From: Moniliella sp. 'wahieum'
Lineage: Eukaryota
Direction: 5' to 3'
Assembly: GCA_003971905.1 (NCBI GenBank)
Contig: RSEE01000028.1
Span: forward strand, 434,001-498,000
Length of the DNA stretch: 64,000 nt
Below are positions 13,885 through 25,562 of this stretch, in pieces. Under the pieces are notes generated by a model that had not been told where the DNA came from, did not search any database, and worked only from the letters and a program-made list of their open reading frames with translations. The position numbers and the translations under genes are program-made. The first letter of the stretch is position 1, and each line of letters begins with the position of its first letter.

Positions 13885-14732
13885 TGTCACGGGCGGGCGC
13901 CGCCAGGGGGCCCGCCCTGGGGTTTTTGGGGTACAATCCCTTAGGCGACGGTAGGTCGACTCACGGTAGTTTCGGGCTTAGGCTGGTTGGTGTGTCCGAG
14001 CGGAGCTAGGGACGAGGAGAGGCCTTTGGTGGGGCGGCTGCACGTGTGGCAAGGCTGCGTCTGCACCGGCTTGGGCCGTAGTAACGTGTCTGAAGCCTCC
14101 GGGACTTAGGGACGGGAGGAGGCAGCGGCGGACAAACACTGCCTTAACTGGGACTGGGAATCGCCGCGACCGAAGGAGGGCTCGCGCGATTGGACTGACG
14201 AAGGGCTGGAGGACGAGGTCGGAGGAGATGTCGGGCGCTAACAAGAGGAGCTGCCTGTACTGGATCAATTGGCTGGAAAACGGGCAGGAGTCGGACAGGA
14301 TAGGCGGGAAGGGACGAGGGTGGAGACGAGAGATGACGAGAATGGAAGGTGGGGGAAAAGATCCCCATCAACCAGGGGTACAGGCAGGATCAAAAGGGAA
14401 ACGGATACAAGAGGGGGTGTAGAAAGGAAGACATGTCAAAAGCGGGGTTGGTCGCCGTAGGCGCGACCGAGAAAGGAAAAGGAAACGGGGACGGGGCGAC
14501 AGTCGTCGCCACGGCACTGGAAGCTCGGTGGCCTTATTTAGGCCGGCCGACTTGGACTTGGGCGGGGGGCGACTATTGTCGCACGGAGCATGACCCTTCG
14601 GGCCACGGTACTTAATTTAGCCAACCGTCATCACACTTGGTTGGCCTGCGGTGCACGCTCTACTGGGCATGTGCGGAGCAGGCGGGCCTTAGCTTGGGTC
14701 GGACCATCTTGGGTCCGCCGCAGCCCGTGACA
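13885..14732 (-). repeat. Complete ~848-bp LTR (3' LTR in minus orientation)
   Basis: Bounded by TGTCACGGGC and GCCCGTGACA and preceded on the minus strand by a PPT. Confidence 0.75.
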
Positions 14733-15300
14733 TTACGCTCCTCTTCACAAGGCGTGTCCGCACGCCTTCCATGGATGGGCTTCCCTCTCTTTCAGCAACG
14801 GGGGAGGGGGTGAAGGAGTGTACGCTTACCCGTGCGCACATCTCTCCTTTCCACGGTAAAGCAATCGCGAGCTTCGGTCTTTGGGCATGCGGTCGGCGTC
14901 AAACTCCTTCCTGCGCCGACCAAACTTGGAACGGGGCTGGGTACTTGGATACTTGGCACGCCCCTCCTTCCTTCGAGCGTCGGGGGTGCGAGTCAAAGCC
15001 ATCTTGAGAGCAGAGAAACCAAGGGGTAGAGGCGCTGTTGGCCCGCCGGCTAATGCTCGCCTCCTTTGAGACTTGGGGGAGAGTACAAGCTCCGCTGGCC
15101 CGCCTGCCAACGTTCGTCCGTCACATCACGCTCCCCTTCACAAGGCATGCCCACATGCCTACTTGGTAGGATAAACATGGTAATTGGGCTTTCAGCCGTC
15201 GCCTCGCCTTATGGCGACCGGCGCTCCCACGCCCCATCCTCCTTATGCGCATCCGCGCGCATCTCCTGGGCCTCCTCCCTCTCCGAGGGGGGGACCAGGA

Positions 15301-15413
15301 GTTAACCATCATCACACTTGATTGGCCTGCGGTGCACGCTCTACTGGGCATGTGCGGAGCAGGCGGGCCTTAGCTTGGGTCGGACCATCTTGGGTCCGCC
15401 GCAGCCCGTGACA
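15301..15413 (-). repeat. Truncated second LTR copy (first 113 bp)
   Basis: Matches 14620-14732 with 4 substitutions, all transitions. Confidence 0.9.
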
Positions 15414-15452
15414 ATAAGTACGATATGCTTGGTACTCAGTGCGCAGGTGAAC

Positions 15453-15997
15453 TCAATATTCAGCACGCTCTCAGTCCTCCAGGCCTCAGGCCTCACGGGC
15501 CTAAGGCCTGGACACCCAGGACTCTTTCATGGACACCTAGGACTCTCCTTCTTCCATTATATCTACGATCTTGTGTGCTTCAAGCTCATTGCACCCTTCT
15601 GCTCTAGCCTCACACGTTTCATCATACTCTGCGTCTCGCCCGCACTGGGGCAGGCATTACAAACTGGCACGTACTATAGACAGACACACGTGCTAGCTAG
15701 CACACGTGCTGCACATCACAGGTACAAAAAACTATATAGTACAGACGTTTTATGATCACGAAATTCTACTACGACTATAGCGCTGCTCAGAACCTCTTTC
15801 TAGCTGTTGTCGGAGTACCGCGAGAGTGTATACTCAAAAGAGTCCTGATCACACCGTATTACTGATCGGCCTAACCGCCACCCATACGTAAACCATAACG
15901 TTGACCATTTCCTATAGTCTCTTCAATGGAGCTACTACTGTGGCTTCTAGCTCTCCTAGGAGGCCCTGAGGCCAGGCCTGTGACATGTGACATGTGA
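15453..15997. repeat. 7-bp TNA+palindrome arrays upstream of the RTA1-like gene
   Basis: TCA-ATAT-TCA (15453), GGCC-TCA-GGCC-TCA and GGCC-TAA-GGCC (15482-15508), TGA-CATG-TGA-CATG-TGA (15981-15997). Confidence 0.85.
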
Positions 15998-16903
15998 TGG
16001 TCCCTGCAGTGCCGGTGTATTGAGTGCTCAGCCTGTATAGTAAAAGGCACACAGGCCTCTCACCGGGAGACTGAGTACTACTATACCGGTAGACTGAGTA
16101 TACTGATGTACTCAGTGAAGCGCCTCCAATTATTAAAAAGTAAGAAAAAAGGGGGGTCTCGATTATATAGAATAGTAGTAGAATAATAGAGTTTAGATGC
16201 AGCGTTTCCCTGTCCCAGCCTTAAGCTCCGTCAATGATATGGATGTAGTATGGAGGTGTATCGTGAGCGAGGGCTCTCCGCCACTTGTGATTCTCACGTC
16301 TCGGACAAATGTCTTCGGACTCCTATGTTGCAGCACTTCCATAAGGGCAGCGACCTGTATCTATACGGCGCCTGATGTCCGAGACGTCCGACCGAGTGTA
16401 GAGTTTGTGTATATATTGTTTTGAGTACTGCCACAGAGTATATTCCTGCTTTGTGCCGATGACATCATGCATCGTGGTCGGTCATTCGATGACTACACTG
16501 TACGTGTGTCCATGCCATATATCTTTTGGGCATGCGCGTTTTATATATGCGTTTCCAGCCGATCTACCGGGCCGATCGACCCTTTCGCCTTCGCGACAAT
16601 CACATCGATTCTGCTTTCAGATGATCACTAGTCACTATCGTTCGTAGTCCCTAGTCCCTAGTTCCTAGAGTCATTACTGGTCAGTGGGTGATGGCGCTGC
16701 CCCGTTAAAATGTGTGCGACCTCAAGGTTTCCACACTCTCGCGGCGAGCAATATAAAAGACTTCCCTCCCAGTTGTCTATCACATCACACAGCCACTCGC
16801 CCATCTTCTCCGTTTCAATTGGCTTGCTTCAGCTTCCCTTCCTCTCTCTCTCTTCGTCGCACCTCCCTCGGCTTACTGCAACTTCCATCATGGGCGTATT
16901 CAG

Positions 16904-17998
16904 ATGTGGACGACTGCCATCACATCGATCCCACCCGGGGCCACCTGTCAGCTGGACAATGCACCATACGAGTACATTCCCACTCTCTGGCTGAGCATCC
17001 TCTTCACCGTCCTCTTTGGCATCCAGTTCATCCTTCACTGTCTCTTGGCACTTTGGCCCGGTCGATTCCGCCGCGGCGGCTTTATGCTGCTTGCCGCCAT
17101 CTGTGCTGCCGGCGAACTCGCTGGTTGGATCGCCCGTCTTTACAGTCACTTCAACTTCTTTCAGGTTGACCCCTACATTGCCCAGCTTGTATGCCTCATC
17201 TTGAGTCCTGTCTTCATCAGCGCGGCCAACTACGTGACACTCCAACGTATCATCTTTAGTGTTGGGACGGAGCTGACCCGCATTAGCACCAAGGTTTACA
17301 TTAGCGTCTTTGTCACGGGTGATATCATTTCCCTCGTTATCCAAGCCGTTGGAGGTGGTATGAGCGCTTCAGCTGATACTGACTCGGATGTACACACCGG
17401 ATCACATATTGCTTTGGCTGGTGTCATTATCCAGACACTGATTACGGGCCCCTTCCTTATCCTCTTGACGGATTTCCTTGTGCGCCACTGCTTGGCCTGG
17501 AGGGCCGGTCAATATCGCGAGCGCTGGACCAAGGGAACTATTCTCGTCGCATGTGCTTCACTCTTGTCTTCGATTTTCATCCTTATTCGGTGTGTGTATC
17601 GTTGCGTTGAGATGAGGCAAGGATGGACGGGCTATCTTGCGGTGCACGAGGTTTGGTTCCCCATCTTTGATGCCACCATGATCTTTTTCTCTCTTTTCGT
17701 CTTCCTTGTGGTTCATCCCGGCTTTTTCTTACCAATACCTTGGGCGGAACGAGGGGGGGATGAATCCTTCGTCATGGAGAAGCCAGATGACGCCAACGAC
17801 TTTTCGGAAGGGGAGTACGGAGGGTACCCGGAGAATCGTGCAAAGCCTCGCCGCAACACTCCCATCTTCCACCTACCAACAGCTTGGTTAAGGATGGGGA
17901 TTTGTCTACCGCATAAGCGAAACTTACTTCTCATTCAATGGCCGCTCCTCTCTGTTGGCCCTATGAAAATCGAAGAACCGCGGGTCCAGTACTACTGA
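16904..17998 (+). CDS. RTA1/RSB1-family 7-TM lipid-translocating exporter-like protein
   Basis: Motifs GELAGWIAR, PVFISAANY, GDIISLVIQAVGGG and IRCVYRCVEM..GWTGYLAVHEVWFPIFD, with multiple hydrophobic helices. Confidence 0.92.
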   Translation: MWTTAITSIPPGATCQLDNAPYEYIPTLWLSILFTVLFGIQFILHCLLALWPGRFRRGGFMLLAAICAAGELAGWIARLYSHFNFFQVDPYIAQLVCLILSPVFISAANYVTLQRIIFSVGTELTRISTKVYISVFVTGDIISLVIQAVGGGMSASADTDSDVHTGSHIALAGVIIQTLITGPFLILLTDFLVRHCLAWRAGQYRERWTKGTILVACASLLSSIFILIRCVYRCVEMRQGWTGYLAVHEVWFPIFDATMIFFSLFVFLVVHPGFFLPIPWAERGGDESFVMEKPDDANDFSEGEYGGYPENRAKPRRNTPIFHLPTAWLRMGICLPHKRNLLLIQWPLLSVGPMKIEEPRVQYY

Positions 17999-18390
17999 GT
18001 GTCAGTCGCAATTCCATGTATAATATGATTCTCCAGCCCGACGGTAGGGCCACCTTTACTGTCAAGCCTGCGCCTTGTTCATGCGCGGCAACAATCCACC
18101 TCTATACTGAGCCATACTAAACCATGAGCCATGAGCAGCCACTTTGCGTTCGATGCAGGAGGACATTTGTTCATCTAGCCGTTTGTGGCTGCGTTTCCTC
18201 TTTCCATTACATTACTTTTTACTCCATGATTCCAGTCTTGTCACAGGGTCTAAACGCACTCTCTCCACTTGTAATACAAGGCCACACATTTGCACAATCT
18301 ACGGGGTAAACATCCGAGGTGGTACGAGAGACATGTGGGTAGCTAGCAGCATGCGAGAGTAGTGGGAAGGTTCTGAAGAGGCAAGTGGGG

Positions 18391-19765
18391 CTAGTGGTCA
18401 CCAGAGTCACCCGACTGGACCGCGATGGTCTTCGCTGGGGCGGCAGGTATGCCAATGTGTTCTTGTTGGCCGGGAGAAGGGCCAACGTAGGTATAACCAC
18501 TCTCATGAAGAGGATTAAGACCAGCCTCGGTAGCGAGCTCAGCGTAAACTGGGTCGTCCTCGGTAGCTTCAAAGAACACATTTGCATGGGCCACTCTTCA
18601 GCTGCCCGGTCCTTGCGCAACTTGCGTTGCTCCTCTTCGATTCGCGTTTTGTCCTTGGACGCAGCGACATAATCCTGAGATCGAATCCCCTTGGCTGTCT
18701 CACTCCAAACTGTGCGTGATTCGCGAACATCCTCGAGCGCAGTAGCGGGGACAGTGACCAAGCGGCGCGTTTGCGCGTGGGCATCTGCATCCCAAAAGAC
18801 CGTGTCCTTCTCCATCGCACTGGAAGTACGTTGGTCTTGAGATACCTTGCTGACTCCGTCCCATGATCCAGCAATAAGAACAAGTGGGGCGGTTCCGGCG
18901 GCTTGAGCGGGAGATGCGTCCGCAGAGAGGGGCGCATACACTTCCGCATTGAAGCCGTGTGATGTACCGAAAAAGTAGCCCTTGCCCGTGTAGTGGATTT
19001 TAGTGGTATACCCGGAACTCGAAACGATCGTGCTCTCATTGACCAACTCGAGGTAGGGGCTCATATACCACAGCCCCTCAATGGCCACCTCGGGTAAGGT
19101 CAGAAGGTACCTCTCCTCCTCCTCAGTCCCGGGCACTCGGACTCGAAGTACCGCATGGCCGACCTGCCGCACCCGAATTGATCCCTTGGAGAAGGTAGTC
19201 TGTTGACCCGAATATCCCGTGACTGAGATGCCAGCCTGGGCATTGATAATATGATAGGCCGAGATGGGTGGGTGGTGCGAAACTTGCTCGGCCACCAGCT
19301 GGGTCGGTCCAGCCGTTGAGGCATCAGGATGGTCGGGTGCATCGCAATCGGGCGCATCAGGGTCGGCACTGGCAGGCCACTCACCCCGAAAGAGCTCGCC
19401 CAGAATGGGGTTGAGTGGTTTCTTCTCCATCCCTGAACGGTTGCGCGCTGTGTAGGCACCACGCAAAGTCGAGATAAACCAACGCAAGACGCACAGCATT
19501 CGTTCCGCCGGATCTTCCGCCTTGGCGATTGCAACTAGCTCCGATGGGTGCTCTCCCCAATAGGCAGAAAATTCGAGAAGCGAAACAGGAGGAGGATGAA
19601 GGAAGGTGCAGTTAGGGCGCTTAGGTCCCCCCGGAATGATGCGAGCGTGCCCAAAAAGCCTTCCATGTCGGCGCTTGCCCCGCAGTTTCTCCAGGCGCCT
19701 GAGCCGCAGAAGTTGGGGGAATGTCGGGGCTGTCAGGTGCTGGACGCCGGATCTGTAACGGACAT
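18391..19765 (-). CDS. KES1: Oxysterol-binding protein, Osh4/Kes1 type (frameshifted in assembly)
   Basis: OSBP signature EQVSHHPPISAY, plus EKKPLNPILGELF and SLLEFSAYW. The N-terminal TLASFRGDLSALTAPSFIL lies in an adjacent frame, and the C-terminus is in ORF 18391-18594. Confidence 0.9.
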
Positions 19766-20623
19766 GGCAGGGCAGAGAAGGAAAGTGGGAAATGGTGGTG
19801 TACAATAGCCTTTATCAGTCAAATGCCGCGTTGGCCGTCAAGACACGTTGAACCGATGCGGTGCAACAATCGTGGTGGATGCAGATGAGTGAAGAAGTGA
19901 AATTGAAGGGACGCCTTGGTGGACCGACCTAGTTTGGGTAAACTTGGTTGAGCACGTTGAGCGCGTCGAGCAATGAGCAATGCGGGATGGACTTTCAAGA
20001 GGGTCGGTTTGGTTGTTGGGGGAGCGCCGCGATGGTGCTGGTGGTGGAAAGAAGGAGGGCGGGGAAGCGCTTGCTCTTGGACTATATCATAACCCGTCCC
20101 AAATGATCATGCCCTTGCCAACCCTAGGCCCACAAAAGATATCAAGCCAACTCTAGCACGTGCGCAGCGTGAATTTTTGGGACAGTCACCTAGTTACTCT
20201 AGTTACGTCGACAAGCCAGTACTCAGTGCTCCTAGTAGTACACTCAATGGGCACGCTGGGCTGTTGGTCTTTCATCTGTTTCGTCCAGTAGTGGCTCACT
20301 CTCAGTTCTCAGCCTCAGCCCTTGAGGCCTCATGGACTCATGGCCGCAAGGGCCCATGGGCTCACGGCCTGGCGGTGTTACGCCTTATGTACCGTATCGC
20401 CAGTACCAGCACCATCTACCACTTCTCCGTCCAGACCGGGGAACTACGTACATCGAACCTGTGTAGTGGAAATGGGCGCTGAAACGCCACACCACTTGCC
20501 ATTGAAAAGATCAGTCAAAGCTTGGGGCAACTGGCTGCGTTCGGTTTCACCGGCTTCACCGGCTCCATAGTATTCGCACGGGGAGTACAAGTAGACGAAG
20601 GACGGCCAAAGGGTGCGACCAGA

Positions 20624-21663
20624 TTAATGGCTGGTGGTCCATCCAACTAACTTCGACCAATCACGATGGAGGTTGTGCTGGTGCCTGTTGAGTAGTATCA
20701 TGTGGAGGGGGAGGGTCCTGCATGGACAGGTCAGCTGGTGGGGAGGATTGATTTGGTCCAGGATGGAGCGCATAGACTCGATGCTAGCGCGAATGGCAGA
20801 GCATGTGCTGTTCATGTGTGAAGAAAAGTCAAATCAGTGTCAATCGCCTGGTCTGGTCAGAGAGAGAGGGGAACGAACTTTCGCATCTTTGCTGTTTTTT
20901 CCCTACGCCGCTGCAGCTGCGCAGACAGATATGCCTCGGCGTCCATATGGGCCTGGGGTGCACGCATCTCGTTGATCAAATGTTGTATGTTGACCGCCAC
21001 ATTGCGAACGAAGGAGGCCAATCCATGGCTTCGTTACGCCATGTCATTCGGGACGGGGGCGGTGGTACTCCAGGAGGCACAGGCACTGGCTCATATGCGA
21101 CATACTCGCGCGGAGGCGCGGTCAACACACCCACCAGCTGGTAGTGGGCGACCAACAAACTGCGTAGCAGGCTCACCATCGCGTCCCGTTTATCTAGCGG
21201 CCGAGTTGCCCATCTGGCCCAGGAGGCAGAGCAGAGGGTAGAGCTGGGAAATCCCGCTTCCAGGGGCGGCAGCAACGACAGAAAGTGGGGGCAGTGTTTC
21301 TTGGATCGGCCAAACAGCGCCAAAGCACGAGTAATGACCTTCCTCCACAATCCAATCGGCCCGAGGCGGAGACAGATTCAACAATATGTCGATCTGGTCT
21401 GGATTGGATTCAAGCGATTCTGCTGGTTTGGAATCTTCCGCAGATGTGCCCGGGGCAGGAGCAAGAGCGTAGCCATCCACCCGGGCGCCTTGTAGCAACG
21501 CCTCCTGCCTGCGCAAGCGCTCGGTGGGTTGAAGTGCCTGCCACTCCTCGGCTGGCGTCTCAGACAGTCGCTCCTTTAGCTCAAGGTTGTTAGCGGTAAA
21601 GAGACCCCACTCCCCCGGCGGAGGTGGGAAGATGGAAGCAGTGAAGGCCACGTCGTCTGTCAT
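20624..21663 (-). CDS. MED7: Mediator complex subunit 7
   Basis: SIFPPPP...FTANNL, YSCFGAVW, ISQLYP, LLRSLL...LVGVL and NIQHLINEMRAPQA (Med7 NxHHLINExRPxQA motif). 3' end approximate, with a likely intron near 20850-20905. Confidence 0.85.
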
Positions 21664-22257
21664 TCCGTCGATGGGTTGCTGCCCCGCGGGAATGATGGTG
21701 CTGTGGCTGCGTCGAAGGTCGATGGCATGGTCACGCGTTTCGGTTAGAGAGGCGGGAGAGGGCCGTGGTTTCAATGTTCAAAATGCAGGTGCGATCCGAG
21801 TCTTTGTGGTTCTACGCCTAAGGGCGGAAGCATGTTTGGCACGCTTTGAGCTTTGGTTCTCAATACGCTTGAAGAAGCAGGGGGAACAGGGGGGAACTAC
21901 TTCTCCGTCACCTTGTACGCGCTCCGTATCAGTTCAGGTTCAGCCCCCCTCCATAAGGCTAAACTGCAGGCGCGGTACTAGCTTTCGGTACTTGACTTTC
22001 AGTACGTTCAGTACTGGTGTTGAGTCGTGCACAAAATCTATGCCGATGCCTGTGGGGATATAATGAAAGAACGAATCTGTATACACTACACCAAACAAAC
22101 TGCGGCAGGGGGTCTGAACAGTGTTGAGTGTCAATAGAGGGATGCCAATTTCATGATGTGGATGAGGGCAGAGACATAGAAGTACATGTGGGGTAGAGCA
22201 CTATTGAGCAGGAGCTCGCAGCCTTGGCCAGGTCGACCTTTTGGAAGATAGGGTCCT

Positions 22258-23403
22258 TTAAAGGGTCTCGGTAAGGGTCGAGACTGGGCGGCCATTGTAG
22301 GCCACTTCGTATACCTCGGTGAAAAGAGGGTAGTCCTGTGTCCGCCCACGGGCGGCGAGGAAAAGATGAATCTCCTTGGCAGTCACAGTGCCTTGCAACT
22401 TTTGGCCGTTGAGGAGCTCAGCCTCGAGCTCATCGAACGACTTACCCGTCTTGACGAAGGCTTCCGCAACACGGCGGTTGCGCCCGCCGTAGCAGGTGGT
22501 AATCAGGTCGGCAACACCAGCGGAGGTCTCCGTAAATGTCTCGGACTTGACAGGGAAGAATTCTTGAGCAAAGTTCTTCATCTCGATCAGGCCAATGCGC
22601 ATGATGGCAGCCTTGGCGTTCTCGCCCCAGCCGAGGCCATCAACGAGGCCAGCGGCAATAGCAACCACGTTCTTCAGCGCACCGCCCAGCGACACGCCGT
22701 ATACATCCTCCACAAGACCAACACGGAACTTGGGGTCTCAAACATCTTGTGGAAGAGCTCGGCCCAAGCGCGCTGACCTTCGCGGTAACCGATCGTCGTC
22801 TCGGAAAACTTGCCACGCGCAACCTCGTTAGCAATGTTGGCACCGGAGAGCGCCGAGCACTTGCATCCGAGGTGCTCCTCGATAACATCGGCAAACACAC
22901 GGATGTGGGTCGTCTCAACCTCGACACCCTTGATCATGGAATGGCGTGGGCGTGGGGTGCAATGTGGCCCTTAAGCTTCTTGCAAATCCCATCAATAAAC
23001 TGATGGGGGGTAACAAAGACAAGAAGGTTGGCATCCTTTGCCGTCTCGACAGGGTCGGGGCAAGCATAGACATTGTCGGGCAGGGCCACGCCAGGCAAGT
23101 ACTTGACGTTCTCGTGGTTTTCGTTGATGATCTCAGTCAGGTTGCGGCCGTCAATCTTTTCCTCGTAGACATACATCCACACGCGTTCCTGGAACAAGTC
23201 CGGGAACTTGCGGACGTTCTCGCCAATGATCTTAGCAATGGCGCTACCCCTACAGAGCAGAATGTGTTAGTAAGAGCCCCAGAACATCTGACCCAATGAG
23301 CTGGCAGAGGGAATGCCAGAAGGGACACGTGGGGGGGGCATACGCACCAGTTGCCAGAGCCAATGATGGCGACCTTGAACTGCTTGTTGGTGGGAACGGA
23401 CAT
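22258..23403 (-). CDS. GPD1: NAD+-dependent glycerol-3-phosphate dehydrogenase
   Basis: [16 protein letters not shown] across intron 23250-23347 (GTGCGT...TACTAAC...TAG). Also [46 protein letters not shown] and LNGQKLQG. Confidence 0.97.
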
Positions 23404-24369
23404 GATGAAAAAGCGGGGTGAGAAGAGGGTGAGGAAGAGAGGTGGGTGGTGGATCGATAGACAAAAAGGTGAGAGGAAAGGAAAGGGCTGGCTTTTATAC
23501 CCAGGCTGCTTGCTGTTGCTCGCTGGGGGACGATTCGGCTTGTCTCGTGTCTTCCTACCACGACGTCAGCGCGTCAGCGCAGCAGCCTCGATAAGATGGG
23601 CAGCGTGGCATAAGCCAGGGTCGCCGAATATCTGCCTCCCCGAGCGAATAAGGACAGGTTGCTGCGCTGATGCGCTGATGCCCTGATGGATGATGCGCTC
23701 AGCGGCTCACGCGTGCGCTCATGGCTCAACGCCGCTTTCAGCTGGCCTCCGTCGCTGACGGTACGGTGCGTGTGACGCATGATGGATGGTGCATGATGAC
23801 ATGCACCATGCGTCACGTGTCACGTGCTGCATGTCACCAGTTTGGCCTTAGAGTCCACACTGCCCTGCTGCGGGGGGCGAGCTTGGCTGTGGCGGGCGAG
23901 GAGCACGGCGGTGGGTTCGCCCTGGTGTGCCCAGGCTGTCGCTGTCCCCCTCGCCGCAGGCCACCCTAAGGCCGAATGTGGACTGTTTTGAAATAGAAAC
24001 TTACACCTCCAACTTCAAACCCAGCCCGCGGCCGGCACCGCGGCTGTGTTCCCCCGTGCACCGACGCGGCTGATTTTTTTCACCGCCGGTTTCGCTGCAT
24101 TCGGCCCGCCCGCGGCACTTGCTGACCCTCCCTCCTCTGTGGTCGACATCGCGTTGCCGCTTGCGCCAGGCTGAGCCTCAGGGCCTCAGCGCGCTCGAGC
24201 GCTGACTCTGAAATTTGGCGCCGCCAGCGCGATGGCCAGCGTATGGGATGCGGGCACTTTGAAACCAATCTGCTCCGGCGTAATGAAACCAAGGTGCATG
24301 AGTGTCTCAGCGGAATGGCATGGTGCATGGGTGAGGTGTCACGCTTAGCTAAGCGCGTAGTTGGTAGAC

Positions 24370-24875
24370 TTACATCTTAGATCTTAGATCTTAGAGCTCC
24401 CTGAGATCTGACAGCAATTTAAAATTTGATGCAGATTCAATATTCACCGGTCACAGATCACCGGTCACCGATCACGCATTGTCAGCCACTTGCATGTCAC
24501 ATGTCACATGTCACAGCGCCCAGGATATTGACGTCATTGTTAATCACGGACGGTATCGCGAGGCGTCTGTAGTTGGGCAGACAACGGTGGGTGGGATGGA
24601 TACCTTGGCCCTTGTCCGGTTGGGTCTTTTCGTCGCGCTTGGTATATGGGGAGTGGGGCTAGAATGTGCTAGATGGAGGACCGCGAGGGGAGTGTATACA
24701 GTACTGCCTCATCAGTATGCAGTACCATCGCATATCTTCACGATCGTCCACCAGCGCCTCTGTGGGTTTGGGCGCCCACAGTCAACATAACTGCTTCGTT
24801 TGCCGATCGTCGATCCATCGATCATCAGTGCCAAGTGACAGATTACTAGTTACTAGCTTTACTAGTTACTAGTTA
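24370..24875. repeat. 7-bp TNA+palindrome arrays in the GPD1 / tRNA-lipase divergent region
   Basis: (TTA-GATC)n at 24370-24393, six TCA in 7-bp phase at 24437-24474, (CATG-TCA)3 at 24493-24513 and (TTA-CTAG)n at 24843-24875. Confidence 0.9.
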
Positions 24876-25246
24876 CTGGCCTCTGTGGCATCCACAACCT
24901 CTCTCACCAAACGTGTCTTCACAATTAACAACTGCTATATGTATATGCCCATGTCACGTCAAACTGTCACAGGCCTAGCTAGCGATGCTGGCGATGAGGG
25001 ATGGAGATGGCATTCAAGAGCTAAGGAGAGCTAGAGCTATGGATTCTGTTCCCGAAGAATGCGGTTTGGAGAAGGTGTCTGCGTCTGATTATATGTAGAG
25101 AGTAAGATCAAGTGCAAGTGTGGAGCTAACAAGACCCTCGACCACTCGATCCCCCTGCCCCCATCTGCAGTTGATGATGTGGTATATACTGAGGAATCCA
25201 TACGAAACAGTGACGTATTTATCAATGCAGAGAAGACCCCACCACT

Positions 25247-25345
25247 GTCGGGTTAGCTCAGATGGGAGAGCGTGAGATTGAAGCTTCTTCAATAGCAGAT
25301 CCTCTGGATTCCTCAAGGTCCCCGGTTCGATCCCGGGACACGACA
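25247..25345 (+). tRNA. tRNA-Phe(GAA) with ~25-nt intron after position 37
   Basis: GTCGGGT/ACACGAC acceptor stem, D arm TAGCTCAGATGGGAGAGC, anticodon GAA at 25280-25282, intron ~25284-25309, T arm CCCGG-TTCGATC-CCGGG. Confidence 0.9.
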
Positions 25346-25351
25346 TTTTTT
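25346..25351 (+). terminator. Pol III oligo-T terminator of tRNA-Phe
   Basis: TTTTTT immediately after the discriminator A. Confidence 0.8.
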
Positions 25352-25562
25352 GATTGAGATTGATTACTCAACCCTAAGTCCTGAATCTTAATTCCTTTCG
25401 CCCCTATAAGTGCCCAACTCCCGATTCACATCTCCTACCGCACCAACGCCACGCCGTCCTATTCCACCTCATCTCGACTTTCTCACCCCTTTCGCCACCC
25501 TTTATCTGGCAGCGCTCTAGGCCATGTAGGGCCAGCCTCATTTCTTCTATTCCATATCCGCC

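Larger units (their letters stand above)
13885..15413 (-). mobile_element. Internally deleted, composite LTR retrotransposon relic flanked by a 5-bp target-site duplication ATAAG
   Basis: Ends TGTCACGGGC (13885) and GCCCGTGACA (15413), i.e. TG...CA inverted termini. ATAAG at 13880-13884 and 15414-15418. A 113-bp direct repeat at 14620-14732 and 15301-15413. A polypurine tract (minus-strand GAAGAGGAGCGTAA) abuts 14732. Confidence 0.85.

Noticed and set aside
13885..15413. Element as a DNA transposon or MITE because of 10-bp inverted ends
   Set aside because: TG...CA termini, a 5-bp TSD, a direct terminal repeat and a PPT fit an LTR element better.
16646..16668. (TAGTCCC)n heptamer repeat as a member of the TNA+palindrome family
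   Set aside because: Period 7 but it does not follow the TNA + 4-bp palindrome rule. Kept as a counter-example, as is (GCGTGAG)3 near 54802-54822, whose core is non-palindromic.
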